From the IMG/VR virus record IMGVR_UViG_3300035498_002028: 64,000 nt of DNA; one strand, 5' to 3'. The notes beneath the pieces are model-generated. The model had not been told where the DNA came from. It ran no database searches and saw only the letters and a list, made by a program, of their open reading frames with translations. Positions 10,136 through 18,866 of this stretch are shown piece after piece (the stretch's first letter is position 1; every line of letters starts with the position of its first letter). This DNA is from a virus. Its lineage: Duplodnaviria > Heunggongvirae > Uroviricota > Caudoviricetes. The position numbers and the translations under genes were made by a program.

Positions 10136-10567
10136 TTAGTTAAATGGCAATTCTTCTGAATCAATCCCATCTGGGATGTTCATAAAACCGTTATCTGCTG
10201 GTTTGTTAGTATTTTTTTTGGATGCTGCACTCTTCTTGTTAGAAGTCGTTCCACTTTTACCGTTATTATTGTCCGGGAACTCAAAACCAAAGATAACAAA
10301 GTTTGTATACTCCTTTTTGGCTTCTTTGTCATACTTATTTGTTACATCACAAGATGTAATTTTGATTGATGTTCCACCCTGTACTTCGGGAATGTCTTTA
10401 CCTAAGTCGTGTGCCGTGCCGACAAATCTAACGAAGTTATTCTGAAACTCCGTTTCGTACTGGTCACTATCCTTTTTCTTGCGACTAATACTAATCTGCG
10501 CTACGGAGTAGTTTCCCTTGTCCTCTACACGCCAAACCTTGGCATATGCACCTTGTCTAAATCCCAT
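10136..10567 (-). CDS. ssb: Single-stranded DNA-binding protein
   Basis: OB-fold region followed by a G/S/N-rich linker and an acidic tail ending DSEELPFN, like the SSB D-D-D-I-P-F tail. Confidence 0.75.
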   Translation of the reverse strand: MGFRQGAYAKVWRVEDKGNYSVAQISISRKKKDSDQYETEFQNNFVRFVGTAHDLGKDIPEVQGGTSIKITSCDVTNKYDKEAKKEYTNFVIFGFEFPDNNNGKSGTTSNKKSAASKKNTNKPADNGFMNIPDGIDSEELPFN

Positions 10568-10581
10568 TATTCTAGTCCTCC

Positions 10582-11220
10582 TTATTTAACACGAACAGCC
10601 AAAAGCTGTTTCTTTAATTTCTCAAGGACATCAATATCCTCGATGTTCATATAGTTACCTGTGATATCTGCATCATCCATAAGCGGGTCTGCTTCCTTTT
10701 CAGCTGCCTTACAAAGTTCAGCAACTTTTGTCTTACCCTTATCTGTAGAACATTTCTTAGTGACAAGCTCTTTGATTTCTGCTTTTAAGGTAAGTGTCTT
10801 TGTTGCTTCCTCCGGCAAATCTTCACCTTCAAAAATAAATGTAGCCATGCCGAATAATGCAAGGCATTTAACGAGACAACGCTTCATAGCTTTGTTTGCA
10901 TCAGTTGAGGTAATGTTCTCTGCCGGAATGGATTTATTTTTAAAGTCCATGATAGGAAGAGATTCTGTAATTGTCTCTCCTTCAATGGTTACAGATAATT
11001 CTACCCAACCCGTTTTACCATCATCGTGCCATGGTCTTGTGTTGCCAAATTCATCCATAATCTGCGGAATAGTCTTAAATGTAGCATCCGGATAAATCTT
11101 TTTTGTCTCAGCCCATGCACTACTCCACGATAGATAGGTCAAACCATTCTTTTCTTTGGTTTTCCCACTAACATCAATTGCGTACAATGTTTCAAATACG
11201 CTTTTTGCCTGTTCACTCAT
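10582..11220 (-). CDS. Rad52/Sak-like single-strand annealing protein
   Basis: GLTYLSWSSAWAE and AMKRCLVKCLALFG resemble Rad52/22 (DUF1071) family motifs; sits beside ssb. Confidence 0.5.
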   Translation of the reverse strand: MSEQAKSVFETLYAIDVSGKTKEKNGLTYLSWSSAWAETKKIYPDATFKTIPQIMDEFGNTRPWHDDGKTGWVELSVTIEGETITESLPIMDFKNKSIPAENITSTDANKAMKRCLVKCLALFGMATFIFEGEDLPEEATKTLTLKAEIKELVTKKCSTDKGKTKVAELCKAAEKEADPLMDDADITGNYMNIEDIDVLEKLKKQLLAVRVK

Positions 11221-11296
11221 TCTTTACATCCTCCATAAATTTAAAATGTAGGTTATTAGTTGTTTTTGCTTCTTTATCTCTTGTTCTGTCTTGGTT

Positions 11297-12163
11297 TTAT
11301 TTGACAACAACCCAATCCATAGATAATAAATCTGTTTGAGATGCTGACCACGGGATAACGTTACCTTGTACTGTTTTCATAGCGATATATGCGCCATAAG
11401 GCACATCATTGCCGCCAAATGCTTCTTTTGCAATATCTGTGCAAGGTGGATACGCAGCAGCCGGAACATAGTATAAAAACATTCTTGGTGGCAATTCGTC
11501 ATTTGGAAAATTCAACTTTGCATACTGTCCAAATAATTCCCATGCTTTTCTATCATAGGCTTTTGCTGCTTCAATTTCATCATCAAATCTGCCTATATGT
11601 ATTGTTTTACCATCTGTTTGAATTGAAACAATCCATTTATTTCTCGATAAATCCCATGAAACACCCTTATACTGGCTCGTATGCGATTTGCTAATTCTGT
11701 TCATATTATTGTCCTTATGTGTTGCAATGCGCATATTTACACTTCTACAGTCAAGACCATTACCATTGATATGGTCTACGACATAGTTATTAGGAAGAAT
11801 TCCAAAAATGTAATTATGTAATCTAACATTTTCTTTTTTTGAATTATTAGTATAAAACGCATATTTGCCTTTATAAGAAGTCCATTTATGTAATGATACC
11901 TTTTCAAACTCCGAACCATCACATACGGCAATATTGCCATCTGATAATCGTATATATGTCAAATCAAACTTCTCAACATATTCAACCCTATTTTTTGGCT
12001 CATATTTTGGTGCTGGTTCAATTATCGGTGGGAATCTATTGCCATTCCATCCTAATCTCGTAACTTTTTTACCTTGTTTAAGATAATCAATGGCAGTGCC
12101 AAAACCAAATTCAATCAAAGCTCTTTTCTCCTTTCTTATAAAATATCTATAATCATCACTCAT
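11297..12163 (-). CDS. HNH homing endonuclease with AP2 DNA-binding domain
   Basis: VDHINGNGLDCRSVNMRIATHKDNN is an HNH motif; SQYKGVSWD...IHIGRFDDEIEAAKAYDRKA is an AP2 domain. Confidence 0.8.
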   Translation of the reverse strand: MSDDYRYFIRKEKRALIEFGFGTAIDYLKQGKKVTRLGWNGNRFPPIIEPAPKYEPKNRVEYVEKFDLTYIRLSDGNIAVCDGSEFEKVSLHKWTSYKGKYAFYTNNSKKENVRLHNYIFGILPNNYVVDHINGNGLDCRSVNMRIATHKDNNMNRISKSHTSQYKGVSWDLSRNKWIVSIQTDGKTIHIGRFDDEIEAAKAYDRKAWELFGQYAKLNFPNDELPPRMFLYYVPAAAYPPCTDIAKEAFGGNDVPYGAYIAMKTVQGNVIPWSASQTDLLSMDWVVVK

Positions 12164-12174
12164 TGAGTGTTGTT

Positions 12175-12429
12175 TTATAATTCGACGTTTTCAATGGCTG
12201 CTCTTGCTTCTAAGACTGCAATGTAATCTTTCATTGCCCGAAGTTGTAAATCATAGATACTTCTAGGGCAGGTGGGTTTAAATTCCAATTCTCCACTATT
12301 CCACTTTGCCACCATGTTACTCAACTTGTTATATCGAACTACAACCTGGCGATATTCTGCTTTAAAACGCTCTTTATAATCGGAGCTTAACATCATATCC
12401 GCAGTTTCTTTTAAATCATAATTCATCAT
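12175..12429 (-). CDS. hypothetical protein
   Basis: 84-aa ORF in the operon. Confidence 0.4.
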   Translation of the reverse strand: MMNYDLKETADMMLSSDYKERFKAEYRQVVVRYNKLSNMVAKWNSGELEFKPTCPRSIYDLQLRAMKDYIAVLEARAAIENVEL

Positions 12430-12653
12430 TTTCTGTCCTCCGCAATCATCTTCGGCTGTTTATAATATGTATCTTTAGCCAAAGAGTTTTCTATATAATT
12501 CTTAATCTCTGCAAGAATTTCTTCTGCCGTTTTATCCTCTTGGTCATAGAATGTTTTAATAATTCTAAGTGAAGCAAGCATCCCGGCAGCTAAAGCGGAA
12601 TCTCTTACTTTTGCCATATTTTCTCTAGCAATCTCTTCTATTGTTCTACTCAT
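12426..12653 (-). CDS. hypothetical protein
   Basis: 75-aa ORF, 4-nt overlap with its neighbour. Confidence 0.4.
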   Translation of the reverse strand: MSRTIEEIARENMAKVRDSALAAGMLASLRIIKTFYDQEDKTAEEILAEIKNYIENSLAKDTYYKQPKMIAEDRK

Positions 12654-12661
12654 AATACCTC

Positions 12662-13675
12662 CTAGTGTGCTGATACATCTGCTTCGTGGAGCAACATAAC
12701 ATCCTCATAGAATTGTTCACCAAATTGAATTCGATGTCTACGCTTAACACTTTCAGATTGTACCCACTCATTATATGGATGCATATGAAAATAAATAAGA
12801 TTTGCTATGTAAATCATATCTTCTTCACTAAAGCCAAGATTCAGTGTGTAAAAGAATGAATCATAAGCTCCAACACAATGGTGCTGATAATAATGGCAAT
12901 CTCCATCCTCTTCGCCTTTTGAATTTAGATTTGATTTTGTCAAAATCTTACCCTCATCATGCAAAAGTGCTGCAATTAAAAGCCTGTCATCATCTGGTCT
13001 TACAGATTTAACATATTCATATGCTTTCCGACAATGCATACCAAGTGTTAATTTATGATGACTATTATCTTGTGGAAAGTTGTCAATACCATAATCTCCA
13101 TGGAACAATTTACTTAATTCCCATCTATCAGATGCTTCTTTATCATCCATATTAAATGTTAAAATGATTTTATCCCAACCTTCCGAATATGCAGGTGGCT
13201 GAAAGTTCTTAATCATTTTAACAATGACCTCTTCCGGAACAACCCTGTCTCTATTTGCATTCTGTTTAATGCACCTATCAAGTGGCGTGAGAACAACAAC
13301 ACAGTAATGCTTACAATTGATATTCTTTAATTCATTAAGGAATGCAATCCTTCTTTTCTTTGATAAATTTGTTGCATCATAGATTACATCTTTCCCAGAT
13401 TTCAAATCTCTTTTGATGCGTCTATGAAGCTCTACAAATAAATCTCCATTGTGTTCCTGGGAATTAACATCACCAAACAATTCCTCTCTTAACTTATCAG
13501 ATGAATGGATAATCGGTTTTTCGTTTCCATAATCAATGCTATCAAGGCATGTGGACTTGCCTGCTCCGAGAAGTCCTACCATCATTGTTAAAATTGGAGT
13601 TTTATCAACAGATTTTGAATTGTAAATGCCCCTAGTAGGGGACTTTGTATTTTCAGATAATTTCATAATCATCAA
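12662..13675 (-). CDS. Polynucleotide kinase (P-loop) fused to an HD phosphohydrolase; predicted RNA end-healing enzyme
   Basis: MMVGLLGAGKST Walker A in a PNK/AAA_33-like N-terminal domain; C-terminal LLHDEGK ... HMHP HD motifs. Confidence 0.7.
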   Translation of the reverse strand: MMIMKLSENTKSPTRGIYNSKSVDKTPILTMMVGLLGAGKSTCLDSIDYGNEKPIIHSSDKLREELFGDVNSQEHNGDLFVELHRRIKRDLKSGKDVIYDATNLSKKRRIAFLNELKNINCKHYCVVVLTPLDRCIKQNANRDRVVPEEVIVKMIKNFQPPAYSEGWDKIILTFNMDDKEASDRWELSKLFHGDYGIDNFPQDNSHHKLTLGMHCRKAYEYVKSVRPDDDRLLIAALLHDEGKILTKSNLNSKGEEDGDCHYYQHHCVGAYDSFFYTLNLGFSEEDMIYIANLIYFHMHPYNEWVQSESVKRRHRIQFGEQFYEDVMLLHEADVSAH

Positions 13676-13995
13676 CCTCCGAAGATATTTCCAAAAAAGC
13701 CGCTCAAAACATCGGAATATTGAGAGTTTTGGTTATATCTACTCATTGACCACATGTTACTTTCAAACGAAAAGAAATTATGCATCTTCTCATTAAAATC
13801 CTTTTCGTTCGTGCCAAGTGGCATGATAACTCTCACTGTTTTCTTAGCTTTGGATAATGCGAACGATAATGCTCCTACATTATCTTTTAGGTTTTTCTTG
13901 TTTAAAAGATAATCAATGAAACCATTGTCATCACTGAATGTATAGTAAAATTCAATGGTTCCATTTTTGTATTCTGTTCGTATTGTATAATTCAT
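13672..13995 (-). CDS. hypothetical protein
   Basis: 107-aa ORF. Confidence 0.45.
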   Translation of the reverse strand: MNYTIRTEYKNGTIEFYYTFSDDNGFIDYLLNKKNLKDNVGALSFALSKAKKTVRVIMPLGTNEKDFNEKMHNFFSFESNMWSMSRYNQNSQYSDVLSGFFGNIFGG

Positions 13996-14001
13996 GATTT
14001 A

Positions 14002-14778
14002 TCACCTATTTATTATTTGCGAATAGTCATTGCGATTATTTTCACCAGACCATTCTCCATGCAATTCAAGTTCAGCAGAATGTCTTGCTTTTACTGCTTC
14101 TTCAAAAGTAGAAAAAGCACCTAGAAAAATACGCTTATTATCCTTTGAAATTCTAGCCACATATTTCCCACACCTTTTATTAAATGTAACTCCGGTATAA
14201 CCCGATGTATTATTTCTTTTTCGCCGGATATTGATATTATTTTCTGATTTTGTTGCAATTCTTAAATTACTTTTTCTATTGTTGTGCTTGTCCCAATCTT
14301 TATGGTCTACAAGTGTATTGTCATCCGTAATTCGCATTACAACTCTATGTAGCCAAACAATCTTATTTTCGCCATTTCGCCCATTGGCGATAATATATCC
14401 TTGTTCGCTAAATCTCCAACAATATTGACTTGCTATTTCATAGTCATCAATGTCTATGAAAAATCTTTCTCCTTTATCAGTAATTCCTATTGCAGTATTT
14501 CCATCAAACATCCAGCGGTTACTTTTTGTGTTCTTTTGTTTATGAATAATTTCTTTGAGATAACATCCGCAAGATGTAGTAGGATTTATTTTATTCTGCA
14601 AATTTGAGCTGCATACAACAGTTTGTTTCCCACAATCACAAAGGCAATTCCAATACGCTTTATTTCCTTTTCCTTGCTCTAGCAACTCTTTTTGCTTTTC
14701 ATAATTCCTTGATATGACAGTCAGCCTACCAAATCTTTTTCCAACCAAATCTTTTGCACACGACATATTAAATCTCAC
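14002..14778 (-). CDS. HNH homing endonuclease with AP2 domain
   Basis: VDHKDWDKHNNRKSNLRIATKSENN is an HNH motif; SGYTGVTFN...RIFLGAFSTFEEAVKARHSAE is an AP2 domain. Confidence 0.8.
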   Translation of the reverse strand: MRFNMSCAKDLVGKRFGRLTVISRNYEKQKELLEQGKGNKAYWNCLCDCGKQTVVCSSNLQNKINPTTSCGCYLKEIIHKQKNTKSNRWMFDGNTAIGITDKGERFFIDIDDYEIASQYCWRFSEQGYIIANGRNGENKIVWLHRVVMRITDDNTLVDHKDWDKHNNRKSNLRIATKSENNINIRRKRNNTSGYTGVTFNKRCGKYVARISKDNKRIFLGAFSTFEEAVKARHSAELELHGEWSGENNRNDYSQIINR

Positions 14779-16078
14779 TCAGTACATCTTCACTCATATT
14801 TTCAATCTGTTCGTCCGTTAGAGAATCTGCAATAATTCCAGACAATACTTTAAAACTAAAATTTTTATGCTTGTATGCCGTAAAAGATTCACGGTTATCA
14901 ATACGAACAACTACACCCTCTCTAACATGGCTCTTACCAATCGGGTCAACTCCGTCATAATATTTTTCAACTCGCTGCATTAAATCATCCCAGGTTGTAT
15001 AGATGAATTTCTCAAATAACGGAACGCATTTAACACCCATTTTTTCACATTCAATCTGAACCTGCTCCCACGGAAGCTCAACTGTATAGCCATCCTCATT
15101 TGTCATGGTCATACGGTATACATAACAATCATTTTCTCCGACTTCACAACCATAAGAGAATACGGTTTCTTCTCCATATTTACGAGAAAACTCTTTATCC
15201 TTGATTAGCTTGTTGGAACATCTTCCCATGATTGTTTGGTTGCCTTCTGTGTATCCAACAATTTCGTAGAACACTTCCATACCCTTTGGTAATCTTTCTT
15301 TGAAGAAATCGTGATACTTCTGACGGAAAGCATTACTTCCATAATACCCACCATCATAATCTCGCAAAGTGGTTCTTCTAGTTCCACTAACACACTTAAA
15401 CTGCTTAACTTCTTTATCTTTAAGCCGGAATACTTTCTTCAAAATTAAGTGACGTTTCTTTTTCGTTATCTCAATAGCATTTGCTGTTCTTGCAGATGTT
15501 CCATGCATCTTCAAAGTGATATAGCATGTATCGCCTGGCTTAAATGCACTTTGATTAAACGCAAGCTGCGCCGTATCAATATGCTCAACAAAGAACGGAT
15601 AAGAAATCTTTTCCTTTTCTTCTTTTTTGTTTTTCTTGTTCTGACTTGGTTGTTGACTATTATTTCTATTCTTACGTTTTGGGATATATTTTTTGCAAAT
15701 CTCATGTCCATCAAGAATTGTAATCTGGTCGCCATCGGTCAGTTTGTCAATATTCGTATACTTAGAAAGCACTTCTAATGGCATTAAAAGACCTTCTGAT
15801 TTCTCGCCACGTAATTTTAATGCAGTGATATTTCTTTTATCTGGGTCTAAATAACCACCGATATTATTGCCTTCCTCATCTTTCTTGCGGACTAAGTTGT
15901 TATCAGTAGCGAACTCTTCACTAAGCTGACCATCCACAGGAAAATAAATTACTCGTTCCCCCGCGAAATAGCTCATGTCAACAATGACATTATTGCCGAA
16001 TACAGTAACACACTGTAACCTGTCTGCATTGCTATGTTTGCGAAGTTCTTTGATTGTAGTAACATAAGCACAATACAT
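14768..16078 (-). CDS. ATP-dependent RNA ligase fused to an N-terminal tRNA-binding (Myf/Trbp111/EMAP-like) domain
   Basis: N-terminal HSNADRL...RGEKSEGLL matches the tRNA-binding-domain consensus (HPNADKL...RGV.SEGML). Nucleotidyltransferase motifs follow: KMHG (motif I variant), EGVVVR (IV), KHKNF (V). Confidence 0.65.
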   Translation of the reverse strand: MYCAYVTTIKELRKHSNADRLQCVTVFGNNVIVDMSYFAGERVIYFPVDGQLSEEFATDNNLVRKKDEEGNNIGGYLDPDKRNITALKLRGEKSEGLLMPLEVLSKYTNIDKLTDGDQITILDGHEICKKYIPKRKNRNNSQQPSQNKKNKKEEKEKISYPFFVEHIDTAQLAFNQSAFKPGDTCYITLKMHGTSARTANAIEITKKKRHLILKKVFRLKDKEVKQFKCVSGTRRTTLRDYDGGYYGSNAFRQKYHDFFKERLPKGMEVFYEIVGYTEGNQTIMGRCSNKLIKDKEFSRKYGEETVFSYGCEVGENDCYVYRMTMTNEDGYTVELPWEQVQIECEKMGVKCVPLFEKFIYTTWDDLMQRVEKYYDGVDPIGKSHVREGVVVRIDNRESFTAYKHKNFSFKVLSGIIADSLTDEQIENMSEDVLSEI

Positions 16079-16082
16079 AATT

Positions 16083-16787
16083 TTATTCCTCCATACTGTT
16101 GCCTTTTTCTAGGTTGCATAACTCACACATTGTCTGATAGTTATTGAGTGTATTTTCTCCACCTTTTGATGCCGGAATGATATGGTCTTTTGTCATAAGA
16201 ATTTCAACACCATTATTGTTTATGGCATATAGGTTAAGATGATACCTTTTTGCGTTCTGTGCTTTACAACGCTCTTTTCTAAAGTAACTTCCAGTAATAC
16301 CACATTTGCAGCAAGTTACTCCTTTTGTAAAGAATGTTTGATATCTTTGGGAGTTACCACGGACAATATCGCCATCAAGAATGATATCTGCTTCATTCTT
16401 TTCCTTGAAAAGAACATCTTTGGTAACTGTTTTTATTTGTTCGATTGTATACGTCTCTTTACGTTCATACATAATCTCGCGGTTCTTTGCAAGTTCTTCT
16501 GCTGACATTTTAAATTTGTCATGTTTTTGTTTTGCTGGCTTCTGTGAGAAATCGTAATTTCTCACAAAGTCGTACAACTCTCCAACAGTTTTAATATCGC
16601 TATAATTGCTTGCGCCTTTCACATGCACACCGCTAATTTCTGTATTGAAATCAAACCCAAATTCACTATTTTTTCGCAGTGGATTTTTTAGAAAATCTTC
16701 TACCTTTTTGTACTGCATTCTTAGCGGAATTTGATTTTTTTGATATACAAACTTTATCGCGTAGTGTTTCATTCTTGACATATCCAT
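16083..16787 (-). CDS. HNH endonuclease
   Basis: CCKCG...C....HLNLYAIN...DHIIPASKGG...NNYQTMCELCNLEKGN is an HNH/zinc motif; AAAGGAGAG RBS lies upstream of ATG 16787. Confidence 0.75.
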   Translation of the reverse strand: MDMSRMKHYAIKFVYQKNQIPLRMQYKKVEDFLKNPLRKNSEFGFDFNTEISGVHVKGASNYSDIKTVGELYDFVRNYDFSQKPAKQKHDKFKMSAEELAKNREIMYERKETYTIEQIKTVTKDVLFKEKNEADIILDGDIVRGNSQRYQTFFTKGVTCCKCGITGSYFRKERCKAQNAKRYHLNLYAINNNGVEILMTKDHIIPASKGGENTLNNYQTMCELCNLEKGNSMEE

Positions 16788-16968
16788 CTCTCCTTTTAGC
16801 TTTAGAAGAGGGCTTTTGTTTCTGTTGTTCTGTCTTGGTTTTATCGAATTTTAAAGGAACCTTCTTACTTTCCTGGTAACATTTAGGACATCTATTAAGT
16901 TCAAATGCCTTACCATTTTCAAATCTCATCAAATGTACCATTTTACAATTACAATTCTTACAAAACAT
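16666..16968 (-). CDS. small zinc-ribbon protein (overlaps the downstream HNH gene in another frame)
   Basis: MFCKNCNCK...CPKCY zinc ribbon; Lys-rich tail overlaps 16083-16787 by 120 nt. Confidence 0.35.
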   Translation of the reverse strand: MFCKNCNCKMVHLMRFENGKAFELNRCPKCYQESKKVPLKFDKTKTEQQKQKPSSKAKRRDGYVKNETLRDKVCISKKSNSAKNAVQKGRRFSKKSTAKK

Positions 16969-16989
16969 TTATAGACCCTCCTTTTCTCT

Positions 16990-17030
16990 CTGTTCATTAT
17001 AACATATTCTAGGATAATGTCAATACTTTT
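16990..17030 (-). promoter_or_regulatory. Consensus sigma70-type promoter (TTGACA-N16-TATAAT) with conserved upstream CAGAAAAAGTA
   Basis: Minus strand: TTGACA at 17024-17019, TATAAT at 17002-16997; precedes 16968/16787 starts. Confidence 0.55.
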
Positions 17031-17039
17031 TCTGTCTTA

Positions 17040-17861
17040 TTATTCAATCTGCAACATATCTGTTTTTGCCCTTTGGTAGAAGTTTCTATCAATTTCAAAT
17101 CCATAGGCGCTACGTCCTAATTCTTTTGCAGCTCTTAATGTTGTACCACTTCCGGCACAAGGGTCAATTACAACATCGCCCTCATCGGTAAATGTTTCAA
17201 TCAATTTTTTCAGCACTTTTACGCTTTTTTGCGCTGGATGAATTTTAGGAACATCTTTACCGTCTCTTTCCCATGTAAACCAATTAAATACCATATGTCC
17301 TGTCCCTGGTATCGTCTTACCATTTTCGTCAAATTTTGCTCCATTTCTGAATTTTGGAAGCCTATCTCTGTAAAACAATAAGGCATATTCTGTAGCTCCA
17401 ACAACTCTCATATTTGCTTTCAAAACCTGCGGGCTATAATTTTTACAGAATACCAGTGGTATATAGTGAATAAAGCCATGTTTTTCTGCTGCACTAATCA
17501 GTGTTTGAATCTGTTCGAATGAACAAAATACAATCATACATGGTGAATTACTGCTTCTTCCTCTTGGTACTGGTCTTGTATCATCTTTTTTCAACATTTT
17601 TGAGCAAAAATGAAAATACTCATATAAGTTGAAATTAAAATCACTGTTAAATGCAGCTTTGCCAGCTAACTTGCTCTCGCCATTCTTTCTATCTCCACCC
17701 TTATACCATATAGGATTGCTGCCGTAAAAATTGTTCCCTATGTTATAAGGGATATCAGCTATTACTAACTGCGCCGGGGGGATTGCATATTTTTTATAGT
17801 TCTGCATACTATCCCTATACAATTCACACTTGATTTTTCTTGTTGGTTTAATTAAGTCCAT
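17040..17861 (-). CDS. DNA methyltransferase (beta-class N6-adenine or N4-cytosine)
   Basis: DIPYNIGN (motif IV-like) precedes DPCAGSGTT (motif I). Contains CGCCGGGGGG at 17774-17783. Confidence 0.75.
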   Translation of the reverse strand: MDLIKPTRKIKCELYRDSMQNYKKYAIPPAQLVIADIPYNIGNNFYGSNPIWYKGGDRKNGESKLAGKAAFNSDFNFNLYEYFHFCSKMLKKDDTRPVPRGRSSNSPCMIVFCSFEQIQTLISAAEKHGFIHYIPLVFCKNYSPQVLKANMRVVGATEYALLFYRDRLPKFRNGAKFDENGKTIPGTGHMVFNWFTWERDGKDVPKIHPAQKSVKVLKKLIETFTDEGDVVIDPCAGSGTTLRAAKELGRSAYGFEIDRNFYQRAKTDMLQIE

Positions 17862-17867
17862 TATGCT

Positions 17868-18116
17868 CTATCTCCTTTTATTGCTTGTCAATCTGTTTAA
17901 CATCGCTTTTACTGTATCATAACTTGGATTAGCTGCTAATCTCTTTCCATCTGGACTAAACAACTGATATATAGGTGTAGTATAATAATAGTTATGACAG
18001 TATAAATATTTCTTTTTGGAAGCAATCAATATATATCCACATATATTATCCAATTCCCATACTTCTGTATTTTCATCCTGCGAAAAAGATTTCATTATTA
18101 AGTCAAATTCATTCAT
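17868..18116 (-). CDS. hypothetical protein
   Basis: 82-aa ORF. Confidence 0.4.
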   Translation of the reverse strand: MNEFDLIMKSFSQDENTEVWELDNICGYILIASKKKYLYCHNYYYTTPIYQLFSPDGKRLAANPSYDTVKAMLNRLTSNKRR

Positions 18117-18119
18117 ATT

Positions 18120-18866
18120 TCACCTTTTATCTTGTTCTGACCTGGCTATAAATAATTTTTCGATTGCTTTTGTCTTATCAGTAGCTTTAATGCTTCTGCT
18201 TACTTCTTGTTGCCATATGCATTCAAAATCATTTGGTGCATTTAATTCAGACACAAAAATATAATTGTCTTTACTCCATTTTCTCACTGTTTCCCAAAAT
18301 TCATCATAATCAAAATTGACGGAATTGGCATATTGTTTCACGCCTTCATAGGGCGGGTCGCAATAAATGACAGCATTGTGAGGATTTAGACTTTTATAAT
18401 CAGACACCGCAAGAACTACTGTTTCCATATTTTCTAGTTGCTTTAATATATTATTAGACGCTTCTTTATAGTAATCTCTATATTTTAAACCATTTTTTGT
18501 CTTTTCATATCCAGGTGGAGCGTATCCACCATCAAACCATCTCCCGTTATAACTTGCTAAAAATCCTACGTTGCCAACATACCAATCCTCATAACTTCCA
18601 TTTTGATAATTGGCTCTTACTTCGTTGTATAATTCCCTTGGAACTTCATCTAATAATTTGCCGCCATTTTGCAAATGCAACCAAAGTGAAATTAGATACT
18701 GGTTTATATCAAAACCTAATCTGTTTTCACAATGGATTTTGTCAATGACATTACACCCCCCGGCGAATGGTTCTATATATGTGGTAATTCCATTATCATC
18801 AATACACTGTTGAAGTATTGGAACTATATGCTTTGCAATCCTACTTTTACTTCCCATGTATTTCAT
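18120..18866 (-). CDS. Dam-family DNA adenine methyltransferase
   Basis: MKYMGSKSRIAKHIVP...EPFAGGCNV...DPPY; contains CCCCCCGGCG at 18763-18772. Confidence 0.8.
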   Translation of the reverse strand: MKYMGSKSRIAKHIVPILQQCIDDNGITTYIEPFAGGCNVIDKIHCENRLGFDINQYLISLWLHLQNGGKLLDEVPRELYNEVRANYQNGSYEDWYVGNVGFLASYNGRWFDGGYAPPGYEKTKNGLKYRDYYKEASNNILKQLENMETVVLAVSDYKSLNPHNAVIYCDPPYEGVKQYANSVNFDYDEFWETVRKWSKDNYIFVSELNAPNDFECIWQQEVSRSIKATDKTKAIEKLFIARSEQDKR

